Assembly (NCBI RefSeq): GCF_026571515.1
Contig: NW_026859463.1
Coordinates: forward strand, 1-64,000
Direction of reading: 5' to 3'
Source: Ruditapes philippinarum
Taxonomy: Eukaryota
Length of the DNA: 64,000 bases
Below are positions 11,818 through 25,663 of this stretch, one piece after another; positions within the stretch are counted from its first letter, which is position 1; every line of letters begins with the position of its first letter. A program made the translations under genes and the position numbers. A model generated the notes under the pieces. The model searched no databases. It saw only the letters and a list, made by a program, of their open reading frames with translations, and was not told the DNA's origin.

Positions 11818-14812
11818 TGAACTATTTGTCAATTCAAATAGACAAAGAAGTTTACTTTCTTTTAAAGGAAGAAATGAAAAATGAGCAGAAATCGGTATTT
11901 CTTTTTAAAGAACATAACTAATATACATTTTCTTTATCTTTGCACATTGTAAGAACATCAAAATAATACCTTTAGATACAAAAAAAGTGATAAAAACTAA
12001 TTTAAACGGCATTATTAGAACATTTAGAATAAAATTATCTTATTACGTTTTCTCTTGTATCTATAAGAGGATATGTGAAGGAAATAATAAGTGAGTATCC
12101 TGAAACTCGTATATGCCTTGTTTGAATTAATACAAATTGCAGACACGCGTAAAATAATTCACAGGAGGTCGAGAACTTCGACTGACCGATAGATTATGGC
12201 GTGAGTTAACCCTCATCTCAGCTTTAATGGATCTTACTGGTTAATTAGCTAGACAGATTCGAGCGTTTGATTGTAAATATGCGGGGCTATGTTCTGACTG
12301 TTTAAATTTTATAACACCTTTATATTATGCTATTACAGAGGGCTACAGGATCTGTTTAATTTATCGATTCATTTCATTGAAGAAAAGATAGATACAAAAT
12401 ACTTTAAGCAAAGGCCAGTATACAGTAAAATGTGTAGATGATATGTATTATATTATATGAATGAAAAAAAGAGATATGACAAGTTTCTTATGAGAGTTAT
12501 TTTCTTCTATTAATCTTTTTTACATTTACATTTTACGCTTTTCATGAACACATATATACATAATCTGATTTTGACAATATTGACAAAAGGGCTTTTATAA
12601 TTACAAACTGTATCTTTATTTCATTCTAATGCTTGTGATCAATAAAATAAATGATAGAGGTAAACTAAGTTGTGTTATAAAAACAATTTAATGTTGTTTC
12701 AATATTTGTTTTCAGATATGTAAAAGAACAACAACACAAAACAACAGACGTGATAGACGAAATCAACTAGATATCACACAGTACATGGATTTTAGGATTT
12801 TGAACGATAATTTCATTGATTGTCTGACAAACTTCATTTCATCATGCTTTGCTTATTTATTTTTAGCAATTAACAAACATATCCTGAACAATAGGTTACA
12901 CATGTATCTTACTAAGTACGAATTAAAAAAAAAAAATAAGCGACGACCGAATTTTTGTTTTGTTTTTTTTTTAAACGCTGAAAAAGAAGATATTACATGA
13001 TTTAATAGGTGATGTTTGATTTCTTTTCAATAAATACAGATTTGTTTTTATCGATTGAAACTAGAGTGAAAATAGATATTTCGCGACTAGTGAATTATCA
13101 GAACTTTCATGCCACAACCTGTATTTACAGAAAAAAAAACTTGAATTTTTTGTTTATTGTATACATTTTTCTTTTCTTCGGCATTAAAAGACTACCCTAT
13201 AATTATGTGATTTGGCTGACTTTAGAAGAATGTAATTCGGCAAGACACCAGTGGCAATATGGAAATAATTTCACTGCAGTGAAAAATAAATTAAACGGAG
13301 ACACTCATTTTTATGTAATAAATATTTCTCAATATTTCAGAATTTATATTAAGGATATTCAAGAATATAATGAAAAGAGGATATGAAGTTTTATTTATAA
13401 TAACTTGTTTTATTTCATCGAGTGATACGGAAAAAAAATAGTTCACCAGTTGTTGTAGACACAAATAATTTGATAATAATGAAAATAAATCCCGTAATTT
13501 TGGAAAAATAATGAATTTTCTGTTTAGTATAGTTTTCTCTGTTTTGAAATGATTACAGTGATTACATTCATTTTTTATTTACTTTAACATGTATATTGAC
13601 GAAAGTAGTTACGACACCAGTGATAAGTACGGAAAATATGTTACATTGCAGTAAAAGTAAACTTATACATAGAAAAATACGGAAAATGAAAATACACATT
13701 TCATTTCATCAATTCTTCTGAATATTTTTTTTCGAAAGTGTATGATAAATAAAACATATACTTAACACTACATTAATACCTTATAATTAAATTCAACATA
13801 TGCTTATCGATTTTTTAAAAGATTTTCTATTTAACTCAAATAATCAAACGTGTACGGTTAGTTATGTGATCAACATATTTATGTTCTTAACAGTAAGATG
13901 AATAATTTACAGATGTATGTAATACGTTATATAGCCCATTTTTTTATTGTATGCAAATTAGTATTGGATGTATTTTTTTTCTCTCTACTATACATTCTCA
14001 AACAATAGTATGAAAACATGAACCTAAAAATAATCAGATATTTGAGTAATTTTTTAACCCTACTATTTCATATTTAAAAAAAAAATATTGAACGTCTACA
14101 ATTATAAGGTTTTTGTAATCCGTGTAAATGACTGTAATACTGACTGATTAAAAAGTGGAGAAATATTCTTCTGTGTGTTTTCATCAAATAACTCTTAACA
14201 ACCATTTCCAACATTATACTTAGAAAATAAATCCATTTCAAATGAAAGTGGTGTATCATATATCCGAAGAACGGACAGGTACATGCCGTTTCGTCTGAGG
14301 TTTAAAAGATAGGGGAATTATTTTTCCTATGTCAGCTCTCTACTATCTCTCTCTCTCTCTCTCTGCATGTAAATGTGTTGCTGAAAAAGCGCCTATAGGT
14401 CGACCCTCGGAAAAAGGACATCTGGAATTCCCTTTTTTATTCTGGAACGCATTAATAGTGGGTAAATTTAATATATCTATTTTCTTGCCAAAAAATACAC
14501 CTAAAATGCTTGTACGAAATATATGCGATATCAATTTGCCCTAAAACCAAACTGTGCATGTCCAACACAATTGCTTATTCAAAATAACATTTTTCCCCGG
14601 AACATTTTTTTTCTCTCTTTCGTTCATTATTCGTGTGTATTAGATAAAAGTTACAATATTCGTAACATTTATTTTACAATCCATCAACATATTTCATAAG
14701 CGTGTTTAATATATAAGAGACTCATAGTCACAACTATCAATAATTAATAAATAGATAAAATGAAAAGGTATTCTATTTAAATACATGAATAATATGCTTT
14801 TTTGTTTAATAT

Positions 14813-16300
14813 ATAACTAAATCGAAAAACACGATCCTGCTTGCATCAATTGTTATAACACTGGTATTACTGATATCGAAATTCCAAACATACAGATTAC
14901 TATGTAGTCAAATGTTATATGCAAAGGGAAATAAACTGCAGACTGTTTACAAATTTTCCGATGTATCCCAGCAATATGAAGACAAGCTTTTCCAAAGTCT
15001 CAACTTCAGTTTAAACGAGTTTTATGCAACGGATCTCACTACATACCCTGAGCAGGCTAATAAACTCTCTCCCCTGTTGACAAAAAGAAAAGATGTCATT
15101 GCCGAACCTCAGATAATTCATATGAACATATTTAGTACTCTTCTAAAGGGATATAAATATGCAATGTTGTTCGATTATTCTCCATCAGAAAATAAACGTG
15201 ATGCTGCAATTGTTGTCGGTGAAGCAACTCTGTTGAGAAGGTTCAATATAGATGTTATAATTGCTTGTTCAACCGGACATTGTAGAAAACATTTAAATAA
15301 CGCAGAGAAATTAAGTAAGAACTACACAAATACCGAACTTGTGATTCTTTTGCATAGGGGGTGGTAACATAATAGGATATCATGCCGAGGATAAGTGGAG
15401 ATTTGAAGAAATTCCCCATTTCGAAACATTCAATATAATCATGTTTCCACAGAGTATTTTTCACCGAGGAGATACATAACATATTGAGTTATGCAAAAAA
15501 ATATATTCATCCCACCCTAGTTTAACGTTCATATGGAGGAATTCTATATCGTACAAATTAGGTAAAACATTGTTCCCAGACGTTCGATCTTTGCTTTCCC
15601 CAGATATTGCCTTTCAAATAGGACCGGTCAAACGATTTATGGATCCGATTCAAGACATACTGTGGATAAAGCGAACCGATGCTGAAGCACCTGTCTACAA
15701 GGCGCCAAATTCTGCGGGAATTTACAGCATGGATATAGGAGATTGAAAACAGTAGAAAACACAAAAAGGTACTTCTCCAATGGAAGACTCGTATTTGATC
15801 ACAGTTAATGGCATAATGTTCCTCTCGAGGGGATGAGTTGTGGCAACAGATCGTCTTCACGGCTTAATTATATACTGAAACAAAAAAGAAACTTTCTCCA
15901 AGTTTAAATGTAGATATGTTAGTACAGTTTTTCAATCATTTCGAAACTCGATTTTTTACGTTGAATAAACATATCGGGCTTTTAAACGGGGATTAGCTGA
16001 CCGATTTTGCAAACAAAACGAGTTTTACAAGCTACTACATGTATATATGTGTGTACATCTAAGTGGTACCCTTGGACAACTGGCACATACTTTGCGAAAG
16101 TTTCTTTTTTGGTTCAGTATATGTGAATATGAATATTCCTCTTGTATTCATTGATAATAAGCAGCTTAAGTTATCAAATTATCATAATACATGGACGCAT
16201 AGTCTTGAACATTTAATATTTGCTTCTTCTAGCGAAGATGCTGTCGTTCAGGCATCATATCTTTTAAAAAAAACTTGATAAAGAATTGCCTCAAATTACA
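14813..16300 (+). pseudogene. Polysaccharide pyruvyl transferase family (EpsI/EpsO/Pvg1-like) pseudogene with N-terminal signal-anchor
   Basis: Motifs in order: ENK.D.AI..GE, (H)GGGN, FPQSI, PDIAF, RTDAE, V.TDRLHG, IP.VFIDN..KL..YHNTWT. The N-terminus is hydrophobic (ILLASIVITLVLLI). There is a frameshift at about 15357, four in-frame stops and a MITE insertion. Confidence 0.85.
15873..16119. mobile_element. Tc1/mariner-type MITE (247 bp)
   Basis: TIRs are TACTGAAACAAAAAAGAAACTTTC / GAAAGTTTCTTTTTTGGTTCAGTA, with a TA duplication. It interrupts the pyruvyl-transferase reading frame just after TDRLHG. Confidence 0.85.
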
Positions 16301-16614
16301 GGATATAACAACAATACTGTTTATTATCATATCATAACTATGTGAAAATTATGCACCAGAAATATATAACAACAAAACTTCGGCGTATTTACGGACATTT
16401 AATATTATGAACTGAAATGATTTTTAAGAAGATGAAATGCTATAACAGAAAATTACATTAAATTCTAAAATGATTGTTATCTTTATCATCAATGTTATTT
16501 TTACATTCACTTGATGGTTTATGATTATATGATTCTATCATCATGCTAATCATACTTTAATACAATATTATGTTTCGATATGCGTTTATTTTCTTGCCTT
16601 TAAAAGCACATTTT

Positions 16615-18650
16615 GTTTGCAGCTCCAAGAGCAAGTTCACAGGTTCATGATTCAAATGACCAGTATGATATCAATGATATTGAGTATTCTTTATTCAATT
16701 CTGAAATAATTACTAATGAAATATTATATGCTGTTCAAAACTTAAATGTTTATAAGGCAACAGATGGGATATTAATTCCTGAACATTTAGATATAGAATA
16801 AACGCATAGCTTCATTTTTTGTTGAAACTTTTTATAGGTTATTTAAAACAAGGTAATTCCAGAAAAAATGGTCTTTGTCTATTATTATTTCTGTAAACAA
16901 AAAGGGATAGAAAAACTCCCCCAACAACTACAGAAGTATTGCCTAAATATATATTATAAGTAAAATTTATTTATTCATTATTACTAAACGTGTTACATTT
17001 TATGTTGAAGCATTTTAACTTTTAACAGAATCACAGCAGGATTAAAGTCTGGATACTCAAAAACTGACAATGCCTTCATTGTATCCACAATTATAAATAA
17101 GTACTTGAATCAGAAAAAGAAACCTATATATGTTGCTTTTATTGACTTCCAGAAAGCTTTTGATATATTGTTTTCTTTTCTTCGTCAAAATAATATTTCA
17201 GGCAATCTCTATCGATCAATTATTTCAGTGTATCGGCTTGTGTTAAAGCACAAGATGGTCTCACTGATATTTTTAGATACCCTATAGGCCTAAAACAAGT
17301 GCCTACCTTAAGCCCCGTTCTGTTCTGTCTATTTATAGATGAGATTTACACATTTTTGTCGTAATAATGTTAAAGGGATACAGTTATACCCTGATATAAC
17401 TGAAATATTTATGCTTCTTTTTTTGCAGACGATCAGACACTGTAGTTGGTCTGCACAAACAATTGAATTTACTTTATGACTTTATGCATTCTGTACTGAT
17501 TTTAAGATATATGTAAATGTTTAAAAAACTTAAATAGTCGTTTTCAAACGAGGCGGTAGAATAACTGCTAGATAATCTTGGGTTTATGATAACATAAATG
17601 TTGTTATAGTTAATGAGTTTTCATATGTTGGTTTGTATTTTACTAATGGCTTATGTTTATACAAAATGGCAGAGGGCAAGGCGATTAAAGCTAAGAAAGT
17701 ATCTAATAATATAGTCAGATCGTTAAATAATTTAGGATGTAAACCCTATCAAACATTCTCCAACATATTTGATGTTAAGGTTAGTCCAGTATTATTGTAT
17801 GGCTGCGAAATATGGGGAACGGGTAACATATCTTGCACTGAAAATATCAATAAATATGCATGTAAACGATTTCTTTATGTAAAGAGAACATCTTGCAATG
17901 ATTCAGTTTTAGGGGATTTGGGTCGTTACCCTATGTATATACTGGTTTATAAACGTATTGTGAAATTTTGTGAAAATTTGTGAAATATCGCATACGTATT
18001 ATTAATATGCACACTTCTAGATATGTTAAAATTTGTTATAATATGTTAAGATATTTTGATAACATTGGTCATAAAGATTAAGTAACTGTAGTTAGAACTA
18101 ACTTGTATCAAAACGGTTTTGGATATATTTGGGAAATGCAATGTGTGGATCAGCCAATTTTATTTTTGTCCAGTATATGTCAATAGATTAAAAGACCAGT
18201 ATGTTCAAAATTGGATGTCAAAATGTTCATTAAATGTGAAATGGATGTTTTATATTCATGTTAAAAATAGTATTAACCTGCAAAATATGTTAATGGTCTG
18301 GATATTAAAAATAAGATGTGTTTTAGCAAACTTTTGTTCTTCATCTCATTGTTTTTTTAAACTGTTTTTTTTTTTTTAACCTGGGCGATTTAGTTGTTTA
18401 GATATTGCTCAATTTGTGAATTTGTACAAGAAAATTAGTACCATTTTGTACTTATTTGTCCACTTTAGTCTAATATAAGACACACGTACATCTATCACAC
18501 GTACATGTATGATTATTTCTGGAAATATTCTCCATATATAAACTATTATAATATGATGTCAACTCAAGATGTTGGTACAATAAAGAATTTAGCAACTTTT
18601 CTATATATAGCGCTTAAAGAACGTGATAAATTTTTGTCTATGCTAAGATC
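16615..18650 (+). mobile_element. Degenerate non-LTR retrotransposon (RTE-X-like), 5'-truncated
   Basis: Fragments PNNYR, YVAFIDFQKAFD, LSPVLFCLFID, FADD, FDVKVSPVLLYGCEIWG and LGDLGRYP, plus a C-terminal Cys/His remnant (YHFVLICP). Confidence 0.8.
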
Positions 18651-18914
18651 ATTAGTTTTTTTTTACTTTTTTGACAAATTTAGCGCTAAAAGAACACATT
18701 TTATTTTCTTCTTCTTCAATCCTTAAGTATTTACTTTAAACAAAAAAAGCCACCGGAAAATCTTTGCACCACCGGGATTGTGGCAAACTTCACTACCATT
18801 TATACTTGCCCTAAACCCTTAAAAAATCATTTCATATGATATATTTCAGGTTAATTATAAATAATTGACTTCATTTAATGCTGTTTTTAATTTTTTTCGT
18901 ATCAAAAATTTTAT

Positions 18915-19300
18915 TTTAAATAATTTGTCCGGGCGGAATTTTATGTATTCCGCCCGGAATTATGCTGTCCGGGCGGAATTATTTAAATTCCAATTGGAAT
19001 TTTTTCCAACATTTTTATTTATACAACGGGATTTTCAATTTTTCTGAAATTGTTGAAATACATAAACACATGCTTAATATGTATAAGTATGCATTTTCTT
19101 GTTGACAACGTGTATTTAAGCATTTTTTGGAAATTCTGATCGGATTTTTTCCATTAAATTTAACTGGAAAAAAATCCGATTGGAATAAACCCCATCTGGA
19201 CATTATTCCAATTGGAGTTTTTTTTTCAATATTTTTAATTGGAAATAGATCCTATTGGAATTAATTCCAAATTAAAAGGAATGAACATGATTTCAATTGG
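18915..19300. repeat. Degenerate palindromic repeat cluster (TCCGGGCGGAAT / TTCCAATTGGAA)
   Basis: Contains the CCGGGCGGAAT..ATTCCGCCCGG hairpin and recurring CCAATTGG palindromes. Confidence 0.5.
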
Positions 19301-19630
19301 AGGTTAATATGTATATAATATTATAAATATTATTTGATATATTTCTCAATTTCTATTGATAAAATATTTTATTTCAGTATGTTAATGAATTGTCTTCTAT
19401 GTCTTCTATGTGATATATATTGTTAAAATTTAGATAATGTAGCCATAATATGGTGATCTTACATAAAAAGAATATCATAATTTGTTTCAAATATAATAAT
19501 GATTTTTTCGTATTTAGTGCAAATCTGAAATAAAATTCAATAATCAATAAGAGGATTTTTTTCTTTTTCATCAATTGTGATGAGCCGGACATTTAATTAT
19601 TTAATGGAATAATTGCAAGTTCTTTTAAAC

Positions 19631-19850
19631 TACAGTGCAATCTCCGAATTCCGGAACTTCTGAAATCCGGAAACTTCTATAAACCGAACAATTTTTTCGG
19701 TCCCGATTTTTCCCTTCTATTTTCTATTAATATAATACTTCTGAATTCCGGAACTTCTAAATTCTGAATTCCGGACGATATTTTCGTAAAATTAGAGTCA
19801 AATCAATACAATTTTACCTCCAAAAACCGGAAATATCCAAAGGTGTGAAA
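19631..19850. mobile_element. Tc1/pogo-type MITE terminus
   Basis: Starts TACAGTG, followed by repeated GAATTCCGGAAC subterminal motifs. The partner end was not found. Confidence 0.5.
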
Positions 19851-20419
19851 TACATTGTAAATCGAGAGTGTTTACCCTGCAGGAAGATTTAATCTCCCTG
19901 TTCGGTATAGATGGATACCGAAAATAAGCTATTGTCGCGAAAATAAGATCGCGGCTACGAAAATAAGTGCATTTATCTGTTGAAATAATTATGTAAAATA
20001 TATATTTATGCATTCATTGAATGATTTTACAGCAAATTAAAATTTCAGAACCAAACAAATATTTAAAAAGTGAAGTTTGAGCCGAAAATACTTTTCGTGC
20101 GAAAATATTTTAAAGCGAAAATAATATCGGGTCTACGAAAATAAGATTTATTTTTGATAAAATGTATTGAAAACGTATTTTTGTTGTTATTAAATGATTT
20201 GTATGAATGAAATAATAAAGAATGGAGTATTTTGTAATGAAATATTAGACGTTTGTGCGGCATATATAGTAATTTCCCAAATAGTATATAAATAGTATAG
20301 AAAGAAGGCATGCGAAAATAACCCAAGATGGCGATTACGAAAATAAGATCATAACTAAGTCTTATAAAATTGTATTACTTGCAAATAAGATTGTAAGAAT
20401 TGAATTAAATCTTCACTTA

Positions 20420-23322
20420 TAAAAGAAATAGCGATGGTATTGTTGTGTATCTTAGGAATAATGTTAAAGATGGTATTTCAATAGTAAAAAATATACATGA
20501 CACAATTGTAACCAGTTAGTGTTTTTGGTCTTTTCGTTTATTTTAACCTTTTCGCATTTTAATTGGAGTTGTATATTACTTCCCTTTGATTGTAAATTTG
20601 AAGGATTATTCAAGCATTGGGTTTCCCGCTGTTTTTAAATATAATTGCTGTCATGTGACATTGTGACCACTCTCAGGTCAGATTTCATTGTGAGAAGTTG
20701 TAGAATTATACATTTCTTCTTTACATTTATCTCTATTTTAATTATTATTGATTATTCCTGGAAATTGAGGATTTAGGTTAGTTGGTTTTGTTTTGCTTCA
20801 GATTTGTATCTTTTGAGTCACAAATGAGCAATGCTTTATTTGAATTAAGTCATTATTTGAGTTAACATGTATATTTGACATGTACATTGTAATCAAGATG
20901 GCTGCCTATATATCTAATAATTTGGTAATTGGTGCAACCACTATTTACTATCCTTTATTATCACAAATGTTATTTAACCATTTACAGTTAGAGCACTGTG
21001 TGAGCCAGAAGAATTGATGAGCTGATGAGATTGATATAAGTTGTTTGTATTCTTGTATGTATGAAGACCTGATCCACAATTGGTAAATATGCTATTCTGT
21101 ACATTGTTTATATAAATTCATTTTAGGTTATTAATATGATTGTTCTTACTTATTTTGACTTAAGGCTAGGGCTGACTTGACCACAAGAGTATTTAAAGTA
21201 TGACTATTGATATATTCATTGAAATCATTTATAGACAGACATATATGATATGTTAATCTTTATTTATTGCAATATGATATAATAGTTATTGTTTATTTAC
21301 AGGGCTTTGAAAATATATACAGAATAGAACCAAATCAGGTGTTGTTATATCAGAACCCAGGTCTACTGAATTATTGCTGGCTGGGGCCAGTTAGGTCCAA
21401 TTCTTATTATTAGGGCTGGAGCCCACCTGGTCACACAATTATTTGGTTAAAATTTGATAAATATTTCTTTAATAATGCTTCTGACATTTACCTAGCTGCA
21501 GTTTATTTATGGGGAGAAAATTCACCCATTGTAAATTTGATAGATATAGATTTGTTCGACTGTTTACAAAATGATATGGAACATTTTAAGTCGAAAGGCA
21601 CGGTGTTAGTTTCAGGAGATTGTAATGCAAGGACATCATGCAAACATGACTATATATTATGTGATCAATTTGTGCCCGACATCGACTCAGATGATTATTT
21701 TATTGATACACCCTTGCCAAGATTTTCAATGGACAAGGGGAGTAACTCATATGGTAATAGATTAATTGACATGTGTAAAGCTACCTCCCTTAGAATAGCA
21801 AACGGCCGCTTAGGTGACGATTTCGGGAAAGGTGTTTTTACATGCTATAATTATAATGGTGCTAGCTTAATAGATTATTTATTATTGTGTGAAAAAGATT
21901 TTGAAATGATAAACAATTTTCATGTATGTAATTTTAATGAATTCAGCGACCATGCAGCCTTAAATTTTGACATTTTGTGTAACTCGGTTAACGCAAATGG
22001 TTCAAAAGTATTTAATTACGAGTATATTAAATGGAGTGATAATGATAAAGAATTATATCGTTCTGGAATTATAGCAAAATTGCCTGTTTTAAATGATATA
22101 TTATTGAAATGTAATGTAAATGATGTAAATAGTGTAAATAATACGGTGAATTTATTCACAAGTGCTGTGAGAGAAGTGGCAGATCCTCTTTTTTTAAAAC
22201 ATGGTTGTACATTTCCAAGATTTGATGTTACTGAAATTGATTATTCCTGTAAATGGTTTGATTTAGATTGTAGGGAAACAAAACAATTGTACAAAAATGC
22301 ATTAAAACAGTTTAATATGTCACGCACAGAGACTGATAGATTAGAATTAGTTCAACGTAAAGCTAGGTATAAATATGTTGTTAAGAAAAAACGTCGTTCT
22401 TTTAAATGGCAACAAACTAAAAAATTTGAAAATTTAAAAAAGAGTAAACCACGTGATTTTTGGCGCTATTTTAAAAAGAAACAGGGACGTAATAATTGTG
22501 AAATACCTTTGCACGATTTTAAAACATATTTTGAAACTATGTTCTCTCAAGTAAATTTTTCCTTGAATGAAAGAGCAGAAGATTTTAACAATGTCCATGA
22601 TTTTAATGATTTTAACCCTGTTTTTTTCTGAATTAGATGGAAATATTACTTTACAGGAAGTACTTAAGGCAATTTTTATGCTTAAAAGAAATAAAACGAA
22701 AGGGGAAAATAATCTTTTAAACGGATATTTTGTAGAAGCAAGCGATATTTTGTATGGAGATATAACAGAGCTATTTAACAATATTTTAGAACCTTGCGTT
22801 TTTCCGAAACCTGGACGAGAGGTTGTATAATACCATTTCATAAAAATAGAAATAAAGAAAATGTACAAAATTACAGAGGAATAACTTTATTAAGTCATAC
22901 TGGTAAATTGTTTACTAGTATTTTAAATCAAAGAATAACTAAATGGTGTGATGAAAATAATGTTATCTCTGATGCGCAGTTTGGTTTTAAAAAGGTAGTT
23001 CGACTACAGAAGCTGTTTTTATATTGCATTCTATAATTGAAAAATATTTGAACCAGAATAAAAGATTGTATTGTGCTTTTATTTATTTAAAACGCTGTTT
23101 GGTTCTATATACAGGAATGCACTTTGGTTTAAGATGTATTATGCTGGTTTGAATGGTAAATTATTAAGAATAATAAGAAGTATGTATAGCTCTGTTAAAT
23201 CTTGTGTTAAGTCCTGTGGTAACTATTCTGATTTTTTTTTGATATTTTGATTGGATTACGTCAAGGGGAGATAATTTCCCCACTTATGTTTTCCTTGTTT
23301 ATTGAAGACCTAGAACTTTTGT
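20420..23322 (+). mobile_element. Non-LTR retrotransposon ORF2 remnant (APE endonuclease + partial RT, RTE-X-like), split by a solo LTR
   Basis: Endonuclease motifs GDCNART, NSYGNRLID.C, LRIANGR, SLIDYLL and SDH are in ORF 21537-22631. RT motifs NYRGITLLS, QFGF and GLRQGEIISPLMFSLFIEDL follow. Truncated before the YADD motif. Confidence 0.85.
20507..21435. mobile_element. Solo LTR (929 bp), Gypsy-like
   Basis: Ends are TGTAACCAG...CTGGTCACA with a 4-bp CAAT TSD (20503-20506, 21436-21439). Removal restores the LINE frame KNIHDTIIWLKFD. Confidence 0.85.
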
Positions 23323-23526
23323 TTGTGTGTGTTTCACTATCAACAGAAAAATGAAAATTGGGCGTAAAACTTCCTTGTTATCTGTTCGCACCTACAAAAT
23401 ACACAATATCGAGATTGACTTGCCCCAAGGTCATAACAATTTAAAGAATTTTCACACGTGTCATTCTCAATTTGCCTATTATAAACGCAGATGCATTCAT
23501 ATGGCAGCGGACAAAAACAATAAACA

Positions 23527-23725
23527 TAATTCATTCATTCATTCATTCATTCATTCATTCATTCATTCATTCATTTATTTATTCATTCATTCACTGACTG
23601 ACTGACTGACAGACCTACCGACCGACCGACCTACGGCCGCCCTCCCACTCTACTGAACCCCATCCACCCACTCATTCACTCACTCAATTTCTCACTCACT
23701 CACTTACTCATTCATTCATTCATTT
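23527..23725. repeat. Compound tetranucleotide microsatellite (ATTC/CTGA/CCGA/ACTC)
   Basis: Directly visible. Confidence 0.9.
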
Positions 23726-23814
23726 GATGATTACCTTATATTTCTTTGACCGTAACAATCATTTGGCTGTAAAATTGGGCGGGGTTTAGCTTATGCTGTT
23801 CTTATTTTCAATTA

Positions 23815-24963
23815 CCAATGAATAAAGGAATTCTCATTCGGCTAAAAAATTGATAGGATTGCAAAATGAATCAATGACATATCTGATTAACCCCCAATGT
23901 ATGTTCTCACCCCAAAACCTTGGAAAAACATTATGATCACAGGTCATAAATTACTAAACATGTTACATAACAGAAGTTCAGGTCGATCAATTAAGATTCC
24001 TTACCCTTTAATCAGATTGAGATTGCATTGCATGGTGTGAATAACACAAATGACCCTCTTTGGATATATCACACACACAAAAATTGTGGACCATTAAGCC
24101 GTAAATTTACAAGCAGTTTATGAAGGGAATTAGCTCTAAAAAGATTATTTCTTTGTTTAGTTCATTAAATAATTAATTTAACGCTGTTTACATTCAGGAA
24201 AATAAATTGTATAAAATCATACCGACCATTTAAATTTGTGAAAAACTGCTGATCAGCTAAATATTTATTCAAATTTATTTAAGGCCGTAAAACTTCTATT
24301 CTATATGTTCGGCAAATTTACTCTCTTTACATGCAGGCGAGAAAATGCTGACCATAAAGATAAATAGAGAAAATTGATATTTTGCCGTGAAATAGTTATT
24401 CATTTTATATTGTCTGCAAAGCTAATATATTGTATTAAGTCATGTCAACGATTAAATGTAGTAAAAAAAAATAACATGCTGATGAATTTAATATTAAGTC
24501 CGTAAAACTATTCTTTTATATGGTCAGCAAATTTAACCTTCATTCATGCGAGCAAATGCTGACCACTAAAATATAAAGTGAAAATGCTGATAAGGTAGAT
24601 ATATAGAGAAAATTGATATTTTGCAATAAAATTGTTATTTATTTTATACTGTCTGCAATGAATAAAGGAATTATCATTCGGCTAATAAATTGATTGTACT
24701 GCAAAATGACATTGACATATCTGATTGGCCCCAAAAACTTGTGAAAGCATTATTATCACATGACATTAATTACTTAACATATTACGTATCAGAAGTTCAG
24801 ATCAATCAATTAATTTTTATTACCCTTTAATCAGATTGAGATTCCATTGCATGGTGTGAAAAACAAAAATGACCCTCTTTTGATATATCACACAAAAATA
24901 AATAGAATGTGGACCATTTAGCCGTTAATTTTGCATACACTTTATGAAGAAAATTAGCTCTTA
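23815..24963. repeat. Diverged tandem duplication (about 840-bp spacing) running into a gap
   Basis: CAATGAATAAAGGAATT.TCATTCGGCTAA occurs at about 23816 and 24656. 24280-24420 resembles 24495-24657. Confidence 0.75.
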
Positions 24964-25197
24964 NNNNNNNNNNNNNNNNNNNNNNNNNNNNNNNNNNNNN
25001 NNNNNNNNNNNNNNNNNNNNNNNNNNNNNNNNNNNNNNNNNNNNNNNNNNNNNNNNNNNNNNNNNNNNNNNNNNNNNNNNNNNNNNNNNNNNNNNNNNNN
25101 NNNNNNNNNNNNNNNNNNNNNNNNNNNNNNNNNNNNNNNNNNNNNNNNNNNNNNNNNNNNNNNNNNNNNNNNNNNNNNNNNNNNNNNNNNNNNNNNN
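24964..25197. other. Assembly gap (N run)
   Basis: Run of Ns. Confidence 1.
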
Positions 25198-25663
25198 TGG
25201 TATTGACACATATATGTTATATATGTATGTCAATCAATGTCTTACATTAGAATGTTTGAGGCTGCACTATGTACACAAGTGGATCTGTAATAATTATCAT
25301 GTCCGATTTATAGTGTATGGAACCATTGATATTATAAGTAAAAATGTCCCGTCGTCAAAAAAAGGGGAGATTACGACAACTTAACTTCTTTACGACAGAA
25401 CTCCTTTACCGCAGCAACCCTTTAATGAAGAACAAGAGCTTGCGATAATCTGGCTTATTTGTTAATGGTCAGCCGCTTTATAATTTATCGACAACATATT
25501 TGATCTACACCTTAAGGCATATAACTTAAATGGCCCCCTGTAGCGCTGAATGCCATATAATTCGAAAACTCGTAGAAGCTGTCTTTATCTGATAGCTGTC
25601 ATTCAGGCGCTTTAACTACCTTACTCTTGAAAATCATAAATATCAGGCATCCGAAGGTGCTGT

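Noticed and set aside
13009-13386. 125-aa ORF
   Set aside because: AT-driven composition, lies in a degenerate GTGAAAATA-type repeat, and has no recognisable motif.
24944-25384. ORFs spanning N gaps (also 38977-39258)
   Set aside because: Artefacts of translating Ns.
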